Shown: one piece after another, positions 1 to 9,510 of the stretch | Layout: the number at the start of each line of letters is the position of its first letter | How positions within the stretch are numbered: position 1 is the first letter of the stretch | Assembly (NCBI RefSeq): GCF_024521635.1 | Contig: NW_026250426.1 | Coordinates: 496,001-560,000, forward strand | DNA length: 64,000 bases | Direction of reading: 5' to 3' | Source: Tricharina praecox | Taxonomy: Eukaryota | The notes under the pieces: generated by a model | What the model was told of the DNA's origin: nothing | Database searches by the model: none | The model's input: the letters and a program-made list of their open reading frames with translations, nothing else | Made by a program: the position numbers and the translations under genes

Positions 1-305
1 CACCCGGCACTGGTCCGTCTAATACCTACTGTTGGCTAGGGGTGCCGGTGAACGCTGCACTACTGGTAGTATATCTTCCTTCGGAGCCTTGAGCTACGTT
101 TCCATGGCGGCACGGTACGGAATGGGACACTGGCCAGGACAGGACGGTGCGGTACGGCACGAGATGGTACGAGATGGTACATACGGAGGGAATTGAGTCA
201 CGAACACGGTAGAGTGGAGTATCGTTCAGCTCCCGACCACGGAGGGGAGAAAGCCTACGGGCCTTTTCTAGGGAGTAGGACTAGGAGAGGACATCGCGGA
301 GTAGA

Positions 306-396
306 CGGCTCGGCTCGGCTCGAACTGGACTCGGACTCGAAGTGGACTCGAAGTGGACTCGAACTAAACTCGAACTCGGACTCGGACTGGACTCGA
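306..396. repeat. Low-complexity GGACTCG/GAACTCG-type tandem repeat
   Basis: Repeated tggactcg/gaactcg/ggactcg units. Confidence 0.6.
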
Positions 397-1150
397 AAGA
401 GACAGGAGACGGGGCGGGATGGAATGGAATACCACGGCCAGCGCCAGGCGTTCGCAATATACACACTGCTTCCGATCTCCTTCCGATCTCCTTCCAGCAC
501 TGGGCCTGGGATGGTTCCCTTCCTTCCTGCGGGCTTGCTGGGAGTACCTACCTACAGGCTACATACATAGTGGTCACACGGGGGTAGCAGTACATACGAG
601 CGAGTCGATCTTAGCAGAGACGCCCATATCTTGGTGGGCATGTGGGTGAGAGATGTGATGTTCTCGGTAGCGGTTATGAGAGTCACTCGGTTATTGGACT
701 CTGGACCTTTCGAGCCCAGCAGCAGGGCGATTAAGGCATCGGCCAAATCACGGAGCTTAAATCCATCCAATCTAGGTATACGATCATTGACTAGCTACGG
801 CAATGTTCACGGGTACTTACCTATCCTCGAGTCCAATGTAGGTTCATACCAGTATTTCACAAGTCTCGAATTACAATACTTGCGGGAGATACAAAGCAAG
901 GTGTCTGTCTAGTAATAGGTTCTTAATATACACACCTACTCCACGCAGCTCGTCGGTTCATTAACGCACTCACTTCTGTCACACAGTCTTCAACACAAGG
1001 AGTCCACCATCTTCACTCAAGACTCAGTATCAATCAAGGCCCCTTCTCTACCGAAGGAAATACCCTCAACATTAGGAACAGTCCGCCGCTCCCATCTCAA
1101 TCAATGTCCAGAAGTACAGACAAGTAAGGATGCCCAACAAAGAAAAGAAG

Positions 1151-1300
1151 AAAAAACATCGAAAGAGATACACGTCATGTAGAAAACCAGGTGAAAATCA
1201 GAAAAACATCAACAAAGATACACGCCATGAAGAAAACCAGGTGAAAATCAGAAAAACATCAACAAAGATACACGCCATGAAGAAAACCGGGTGAAAATCA
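1151..1300. repeat. 50-bp minisatellite, 3 copies, downstream of the DUF262 stop codon
   Basis: Unit ~GAAAAACATCAACAAAGATACACGCCATGAAGAAAACCAGGTGAAAATCA at 1151, 1201 and 1251. Confidence 0.95.
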
Positions 1301-1410
1301 AACAAAAAAATCCGCTACTGCGGTATCCTACTCGTCTCTAACAAAAAATGAAGAAAAAAAAAAGCCCCATTTTGAAAACACCGAAACTCCCGTCAACGCA
1401 ACCAACCAGT

Positions 1411-3208
1411 CTAGTCAAGTCTCTCCTTCTTGATGGTGACTCCCAACCCCCCCTCGCCATCATCCGGGCGGACGCGTTTCAGGCCCTCACTGCGGACGGC
1501 CTGAAAACGGGAGCTGAACTGGTTCGCAGGTACAAAACCGTTCTGGCTTCCAAAGTAGGTTACCGGCCGAGAATGGCCCTGTGCAAGGAAACTTCTCGTC
1601 TCCTGCGGTTGTTGATGCAACTGTCTCTGGAGAAGTCGCTCGTCTTTATGCGGCTGTTGCTGCTGCGGTTGCTGCTGTGGTTGCTGCTGTGGTTGCTGCT
1701 GCTGTTGCTGCTGCAACTGTCTGCGAAGTTGCTCGCCTTCATGCTGTTGCTTCTGCTGCTTATAATGGGAGGAGCGTTTCCGGGCGTTTGGAGGTGGGGG
1801 AGCGGTAATCAAGACCGAGGTGTTCTTGGTTTGATTCTTGTTGGCAGGTCTACCGGTGTGGAGAGGGGCGGTCGGGGTCTTTCCGGTGGCATCAATAGAC
1901 GATATATTCGCGCCGGCGACGGGAGGCGCAGCGGCAAAGCTCATGGCTCCTTCCGCGGCCGAACCGAAGATATGGTTGGGACCATTGGGTACCACAGCTC
2001 CGCGGAGTTCTTCAATGTCCAAAATGGACGCTACCAGGGACCTCCAGGTTTCTGTGTTGGACCGTAGGTCTTGCCTCTTCTCACGTAACTGTTTCCGTAG
2101 CTCGAGAATATCTCCCGAGAGGAGACGGGTGTTCCGAGTCGGAAATCGGTGGATCAACACCGCGACGCCGACAAACTCCACAGGCGAGAACTTGGTTGCA
2201 TGCTTGTACCCGTGGTTCTTAAACGTATCGGGGTACTCCCGATAAACTTCCAAGTAGCGTGTGAAAACAGTCCTTGCGCTCTTCTTGAACTCCTCTGTCA
2301 AGAAGACAGTCTCCGAACAGAAACCCTTCAACGCACCGGCCCCAGCAGAGTACTTGGGATCGAGGTCGTTGGAGTCGCCTTTCAGCAACTGTTTGAATAC
2401 TTGAAGGATCAGTTGGAAACCGCGGGCCCGACGATCGTCCACCACGCCGTCCACCAGTTGTTTAAACTCGTCTCCGACGACAACTGCAAAGTCCTGCCAA
2501 AGTCCAGAACTGGCACGGAGCTTCTCTGCCGGGGTAAGGGGTACTCCCAGCTGTACCCTTGAGAACAAGTCCTCTTCTTGGTGTTTCTCGAGCCCGCTGT
2601 ACTCCACACATATAAGGTCCTTCTGCATGAACCTCATCTTTTCATGCTGCGGCAGGATCTTTCTAACGGTCTTGCTAGGTATGTCGGGGTTTTCGCAGAA
2701 ATAGAATTTCTTTCCGCCCCTGTCATGGCACGGGATCTTGCCCTTGACAAACTCACGTATGGAAGAGAGTCGCTGCTTCCCATCGACCGACCTCCTGAGG
2801 AACTTCGCCGAACCGTCTTCCGTAATTATATCGACCACATTGAAGATCAATGGCGGAATGTAATAGCTGGTCATCAAAGAGTCGACCAACTTCGTCATAC
2901 GCTCAGGGCTCCAGACTAGGTCTCTCTGGTAGCTCGGGTTGAGATCCAAGTTCGGACTATCCATCATGTCTGTATAGCGAAAAAGAAAAAAAAATCAGCA
3001 ACTGCACACACAGATAAAGTCTATTTATTTACTTGCCGACAAGGTCTTGGATCGTACGACGATGGAAATGCGCCTCAGGCAAACCCTCTGGAGATTTGAA
3101 GTTATTGTTGTCTTCGTCGAAGTCGGACTCCGACTCCGAATCTGACTCGTGTTCGTCGACATCCTTGGCGGGGGTTTTCTTGGCGGGGGTATCCTTGTAC
3201 GAGACCAT
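1411..3208 (-). CDS. DUF262 (GmrS/ParB-Srx-like) domain protein with Q-rich low-complexity C-terminus, ~576 aa; exons 3208-3037, 2969-1411
   Basis: DUF262 motifs PSYQRDLVW, SLMTSYYIPPLIF, VDGKQRLSSI, LFSRVQ. Frame is kept only with a GC-AG intron at 3036-2970 (G|GCAAGT donor, GCTGAT branch, CAG acceptor). A CAG acceptor directly before ATG 3208 suggests a further 5'UTR intron. Confidence 0.85.
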
Positions 3209-3572
3209 CTGCACTCACTCGTCGATTAGTACACCGCATGCGACGACAAATAGTGAACGCGAGGGGTGAGAAGTGGTGATGAGCCATCCCATTGCGGACA
3301 TGCCATTCGGTCTTGCGGGCTTGTCGCGGCAAATAGTACCGACGGAGCGACCGCGACCCAGATAAATATTTCTCAATGGAATTGGAGAGTGCGATTTGAT
3401 GAGGAGCTCTGTGGGGTTGAACCACTGTGGGGGAAGATGGAGATGCAAAGAGGTGGGAAGGGGTGATGACAAAACAAAGAAATTTGCAAAATGAAGATGT
3501 AAAAGAAAGAGAATTAGTGCAATGAGGCTTACTATGCAGATGATTTATTTGTCTGGAGAAGGTTGGGTCTGA

Positions 3573-3657
3573 AAATTGGATTGTGAAAGGAGAATTGGAT
3601 TGTAAAAGGAGAATTGGATTGTGGAAGGAGAATTGGATTGTGGAAGGAGGATTGGAG
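3573..3657. repeat. 19-bp tandem repeat (~4.5 copies) upstream of the DUF262 gene
   Basis: GAATTGGATTGT(G/A)(A/G)AAGGA units. Confidence 0.9.
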
Positions 3658-3913
3658 TTGTGTGTCAGGAAAATGGTTGTGGATGTCTGGGATGAGAGCA
3701 GAGTTGGGATGAGAACAGAGGTGGAAGAGAGACTTTGGTGTGGGACAACCTAGTCTGTGAGCCACCTTAGTGTGGGACCCTAGTGTGAAGCGTTCCAAGA
3801 CTCTCGTAGTGTGTGACGTGTGTGACGTGCTAAGACTCTTGAGAGGACTCATTGTGAATTCGAAAGGTTTCAACATTCCATCCTACTTCCGAATTGGGTT
3901 TGTTTATCATACT

Positions 3914-4690
3914 ACGGCAAACGTCTATAATGCCATGGTTTTTGGCACGATAGTCAGTAATGCCATAGTTTTGGGAAAAGTCTATAATGCCATATATTTT
4001 CTCTCGATGTTTCGACCCCACCACCACGCAAACCCACCACCACTCAAACACCCCTCTCCTCGACGACATTAGCCATCCGGGCAAATGGCTGCGCACTGGA
4101 GTTTTTTCGACTGTATTTCTTTTGGATAGGTCACCGCCGGATGGTCAACAGGTGTCTAATAACGCCCCCTCCTCATGAATGTGCCATCGACTGCCATAAG
4201 CCAACCCAAATATCGAAATGCCAGCGAATACGTGAAAGACAGACGAAAATACGCTGGAATCACTTGGTCTCAGGGTCCTGCATGATACAACCGTATAGGC
4301 AGCGTTCGGATTTGCAGCCCTCAGCCGACAGGTGTAGGCTGGTAGCTGCGGGTACTGCTTTGTACGGTCCTCCACTACTCCCTTGTGATGGAGCAACGGA
4401 GGAACTGTCGGTGAGAGGCAGAGGTGAAGGAGGAGGTGTCAGCGAGAGGAGGAAATGAGGGAGGACTCCTGTCGGCGGGAGCAAATGAATGTGGTTAATA
4501 GCGGTGGGCATCAACGCTGGTGGGAATCAACGTTGGCGGCCATGGCGGGGTCTCCTGCTTCTTCTTCTTCTTCTTCTTTGGATGATTGCCTTTGATTTTG
4601 TATGTGCGCGAAATGATCGCGCTCGGAAGACCTCGGCGCAGACATTTGCACGCATTTCCCCAAAACTATGGCATTACAGACGTTTGCCGT
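3914..4690 (-). mobile_element. Internally deleted, non-autonomous Mutator-like (MULE) DNA transposon, 777 bp
   Basis: ~30-bp imperfect TIRs (ACGGCAAACGTCTATAATGCCATGGTTTTTGG at 3914; reverse complement ending at 4690). 10-bp TSD TTATCATACT at 3904-3913 and 4691-4700. Disrupted minus-strand fragments DPETK*FQRIFVC and LAFRYLGWLMAVDGTFMRRGRY resemble the MULE transposase DGT catalytic motif. Confidence 0.85.
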
Positions 4691-5608
4691 TTATCATACT
4701 AGGTATGTAGCTGAGAAATCCTTGAGCATCACTTACCGCATCGAGGATCAGCATTGGATGATTCCCATCGAAGACCGATGCGCTTCCTCCCTATGGATCT
4801 GGCCACGGAGGAGGACGTGGTGGAGGCGACTGGCCGCCTCGTATAATTTTGCTTATGATAGTCATGTACTCTATGTACCCGTCAACTCGGCTCTTGTATA
4901 ATAAGGGTCCTCAAAGAGTCAAAGTTGCTGGAGGCAGGAGCAGCAACTTGCCACCCCCCCCCCCCCCCCCCCCCCCCACCGCCATTCCGTCTTTAAGCCG
5001 CCGCGAGGTGACTGGCGATGGCCGAGAAGGCAACGGTAACGTGGACGAAGAGATGTCGAGCTGGTGGTATCACGATTGCCTGTGCGCAAGAACCGGGCCG
5101 CAAGTCCTCGGTGGAATTCCGTACTGTGGTGGGCCCATGCGTTCTCCGTCTGGTGGATATGCCCTCATTGATACCGGGCCTCTCAGATCTTGCTCCTGCG
5201 GACCAGCGGACCTGCGGGGCCCTGGACGGGTTGGGTTGTGAATCGTTGCCGTACCATAGATGCCGTACGGTATCCAAATTGGCCGCCTCCTCCCCACGCC
5301 CGTGCCTCCCGAAGACTGCTCTATGCCGGGGTCTACTACCTTCAACCACACCCGCTCCTTCTCCTCCTCCCCAGGGCTCTTCTTACCACTCCGCTTCGTT
5401 TCAAGTTCTCCCTTTTCTTGCCCTTCCGTACGTACTCGTACTGAATCTTCCTCCTCCGAACTCTCGGAACATGACTCTTCTGAACTCGTGCCTAAATATG
5501 AGCTGGACTCTGAGCTGGATTCTGATCAAATACCCGTAAATGTTCCGAACTCGGGCCTCCCTCGAGGTATGGAGATGTTACCATTACCTTCCATGCCTCG
5601 GCAGATAC

Positions 5609-6874
5609 TTTTTTTTGTTCATTCATTGATTGCGTGCGACCTATCTAGATCATAGCAATGTCCACCCGTTCGCCCCCGTTTCCCCGCCACTGTCCAACCC
5701 GACTTTCGTCAGGTGGCCCAATGTGGCTTTCCCTACCCCCGCCGTGGCCTGTCCCGAAGATGTATGAGCGCACCAAAGAAATGACACTAGGAAAAGACAA
5801 CTTCCACTCCCTCGACTCGCCCCTGCCCCACCGCAAGTTACTAGTCCTCGTCGCCGCCTCCTGCCTCTTCATCGGCAGATGCCATGAAGGAAGGTGTGGG
5901 AAGGAACAGCGGGTGTGACCCCGGCTCCTCAACCTCAGCACCCTCCTCCTCCTCTCGCCTAAGGTCCGCCTCCCTTTCCTCCCGCTCCCTGAGCTCCCAC
6001 TCGGATATCTCATTCACTGCATCTTCCTCCATGACCTCTGGCATCCCTGGCATCCGTCTGCCCACATCAGTGGAGAAGAGGAACTCTAGAATGGCCTTGC
6101 TGCATCGCTCATCTGCGAAGAGGTCCCGGATTTTGAAGCGGTCTTTTCCCTCCTTGTCTGCTTCCGGACTTTTGCCCATAGTGCCTTTTGCTGACTTTTC
6201 CATTCAGGGCAATTTTTGAAGAGGTGCTCCCGAGTCTGTGTCTTGTAGCGGCACTAGCCACAGCGGGCGTCCGGGCGGCTTTTCGTCCACTGGAGGTACT
6301 GGCCGGTGAGGCAGTGCCCTGTCTTGAGTTGGTAGAACCTCGAGGCGAGGCGCTTGGTGGCCATCTCTGGATTTGGGTCGGGTCGCTGGCCGGATTTCCG
6401 GCTGTACCGATACTTCTTGTGAGTGATCCTGTTGTCTGCCCATCCCTTGGCTTCCCTCCACTTGGCTTTGGAGATACCGCGTTTCAGGTAGGCAGGCGAT
6501 GGCGGTGGCAGAAGTCGGGTGCCATACTAGTGCAGGTAGCGGGTCCCCTCCACCCCGCGAGCGGTAGGATTGTCGGCCGCCAGTTTAGCCCATTCGTCCG
6601 CCTTCTCATTCCCTGGCATATCTTTGTGTGCCGGGCACCATCTAATCTCAATGGTGATCGCAGGTTCCCTTTCCCGGAGAGTGGCGATGTGTTTCCGTGC
6701 CTGGAGGGCATACTTCTGGCCGGGGCCAGGTGCATCGTGAGTCATCCTCCTAATCGCGGCTTGTGCGTCGGTGTAGATGGTGACTCGTTCTAGGGTGTGG
6801 CGTCTGTCAACGGCTGCTTCTAGTGCTCGGGCAATTGCTGCGCATTCCGCATCATAGGCCTCCTGTTGGAAACC
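5609..6874 (-). mobile_element. 5'-truncated non-LTR retrotransposon (Tad1-like LINE): RNase H plus C-terminal CCHC knuckle, degenerate
   Basis: RNase H motifs YDAECAAI, IYTDAQAA, WCPAHKDMPGNEKADEWAK; QLKTGH followed by CG*CRYKTQTREHLFKNC. A8 tail at 5609-5616 (T run on +). 15-bp TSD TGCCTCGGCAGATAC at 5594-5608 and 6875-6889. Contains stops and frameshifts. Confidence 0.92.
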
Positions 6875-6889
6875 TGCCTCGGCAGATAC

Positions 6890-7465
6890 CCAAGCAGGCG
6901 CGAGCGTGGACTCGAAAGTCGAGAGTGACTGTGTGTGCTTGATCACGGTGAACTGGGTACTCCATGGTGACCATGGTGATCATGGTGAGGCTAGGACTTC
7001 AGTGATGTCCCCACCAGAATCCTCACCAGCATCCTCCCAGTATCCTCACCAGTATCCCCACTTGTATCCTCCTAATACACCTCGCGAAGTTCATGGCGCG
7101 AAAGCATAGATAGGTAGGTAGGTACTGCGATGATCACAGCGGCCAGTTCTTCCAGAAAAGTTCGAGTAAAATACCCGCAATCGGGTATCGAGTGGAGTAC
7201 CTTAAGATATAGAGATGTTACCATTACCATGCTTCAGCACTGAGCAGATAGGCAGGGCCGAGCGTGCGCGAGAGTCGAGAGTGACTGTGTACTTGATCGT
7301 GGTGAACTACCTCTACGGTGACCATAGGTAGTGAGACCTAAACTTCAGCGATGTCCTCACCAGTATCCTCCCAATACACCTCGCGAAGTTCATGGCGCGA
7401 AAGCATAGGCACATAGGCACTGTGATGATCACAGCGGGCAGTTCTTCCAGAAAAGTTCCAAGTAA
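6890..7465. repeat. Degenerate tandem duplication (~250-350 bp unit); copy 1 starts near 5572 and is interrupted by the LINE
   Basis: Shared blocks GAGATGTTACCATTACC (5572/7213), AGTCGAGAGTGACTGTGT, CACCTCGCGAAGTTCATGGCGCGAAAGCATAG, GATGATCACAGCGG, CAGTTCTTCCAGAAAAGTTC. Confidence 0.85.
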
Positions 7466-7750
7466 TATTCCCCTATATACCACCGTTACTGTCCCTTCCA
7501 ACCGATCGCACAAGTCAAGTAGAATACACTGTCCAGACCGACCGAAGACCACACGGCAAAGCAAAGGAACACAGCTCAGCCACAAGCGTAATACCGTAGG
7601 GTATGGACCCATTCCCTCCATCCCTCCTGCTTGCAATCCAAACCCGAAAGAAAAGAAAGAAAAAAGAAAAGAAAAAAAAGAAGTATCAACATGTAATCAT
7701 CATGACGCCAGGAACAAAGGAAAAACCCAACCACGCATCGAGCATCGAGT

Positions 7751-9510
7751 TTACAACTCGTCCGCAGCAAAAGCAGCAGGGATACCCGCCATCTTCGCCG
7801 CAACCAATGCGATGAGTGCAGCGCCGACGCCGCTTCCGTCCTTAGCAACGCCCATCCTGACTCTCTTCTCGTTGTCGGATCCAATTTCCGGGACTTCGCG
7901 CAGTGCCTCGCGCAGATATTTCTCGAAACCGGGGTAGAACTCAACGACGCTTCCGTCCACTCCGATATCAATGACGTCCAGTTCCTCTTTGGTCTCTGCT
8001 GCGTCCTTATCGCCCTTGACTGTGGTGGTAGTGGCAGGAATATCGGCGACTGGTGGTTGGCCGCCGAAGACGCTCTTAATCGCCTGGATTCCCTGCTCGA
8101 AGAGAGACAAGTTCTGCATCGAGACGTCGAGCGATGCTGACGGCTTCACCTTTCCGGTGGCGATGAGGATCGCGGCAACGGGGACAGCAGAGAGACGCGC
8201 AGATCGCTTTCCGATAGCGTGAACGAGGATCTTCACTGCACGTGCCTCTTCGGTGGACACATGTGCGGCAGAAACACCCAATTGCTCCTCGAGCACGGAC
8301 TTGGCTGTTGCCAGGTCTTCCGAGTCGTCGGCTTCGATGTACGAGAGCACACTGGTATCCACGCTCCAGGGCGTGTTGAGGGCTGCAGTCTCTTCGATCG
8401 TAGCGGCGGAGAACAAGCCCACATCCTTCTGAAGACCGAGAATCGCGTTTCTCAAAATCTCACCCAAGAACATGCCAGAGATGCGCTTCTCGAACATCTG
8501 GATGCCAGGGTTGACAGAATTCTTGTCGAGCTGTCTATCGTAGAGGGTGTCGGGCAGAACCTGCATCGCGTTGTCGAAGGAACCCCATTCGGTGTTTACC
8601 ACCATTTCACCGGTGGATTTGTCGTATTCTCCAACACCCGAATCGGGCTTCGTCATCTTGCTAATCTTGCTGAGCTTCTCAACGTACGCTCCGTTCGTTC
8701 CGGTTCCGAAGATTGCGCCCAGCAAAGTGCCAGTCTTTCCCGGGGAAGTGTACGAGCGCGCCATGAGAGTCCCGACGGTATCGTTCACCAGAGCCGCAAC
8801 GGTGACGGGTATGCCGAGAGCATCGATTTCCTTCTGGAGGAGCTCGCAAACATCCTTTCCGATCGCATCAGCGATGTCGAAACCTTTCGTCCAGCGAATG
8901 AGATAGCCCTTGTTAACGGCCCTCTGATCGACGGGGAAAGAGAACGTGAAACCAAGCTGAAGATGGTGGTCAGCGGTTTCGGCGAAGTGGTCTCCGTGGT
9001 GCTCGTCAACGAACTCCTTCACCTGCTGGGCAAGGAACGAGAAGAGAGTGTGCGAGTCCGACGTCATCATCAATTTTGGGATCGCGGCTTTGGACTGCGT
9101 GAGAGTGAATTTGGAGTCACCGGTCAGATAGACCGAGCAAACACGGAAGTTCGTTCCTCCGAGATCGACCGCTAGGTAGACGCCCTAAAAGATTTCGACA
9201 TGAGCACGGAAATCAGAGCCCCGTTCTGAGCGTTCGGTGCAAACCTTTTCCGTTCCATTCGGGACACTAGTGACGTATGTGGGGATCATGGTCATCGCCT
9301 CGCCATCGTTCTGAAGACCAACATCTAGAGACACCCGCAATCGTCAGCGTGTTCTTCCGCAGAATTCAACAGGCGCGGAGTAAAGGGGTATTCACCCATC
9401 AGCCGCAAAAACTCCTTGACGCCCTTTCGCACATCGTCAGCGCCATACTCGAACTCCTTCGAGATGGCCTCCGCCCTCGCAATCAAAGCCGTCGAATCGA
9501 TAGGTGCCAT
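7751..9510 (-). CDS. GLK1: Glucokinase (hexokinase family), ~542 aa from ATG 9510; exons 9510-9396, 9324-9245, 9184-7751. Possible longer isoform from ATG 10158 (see findings).
   Basis: [86 protein letters not shown]; canonical introns keep the frame. Confidence 0.93.

Noticed and set aside
193..912. Short ORFs at the window start
   Set aside because: Built from low-complexity repeats; no recognisable motif or splice structure.
1151..1300. Possible CRISPR-like array
   Set aside because: Head-to-tail repeats without unique spacers, in a eukaryotic context with no cas genes.
1348..2067. 239-aa plus-strand Leu-rich ORF that looks like a membrane protein
   Set aside because: Antisense shadow of the polyQ (CAG/CAA) tract of the DUF262 gene.
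4922..4977. 9-bp hairpin followed by a long C run (possible Helitron end or terminator)
   Set aside because: No CTRR terminus after the hairpin and no other supporting structure.
8219..9175. 318-aa plus-strand ORF
   Set aside because: Antisense shadow of glucokinase caused by codon bias.
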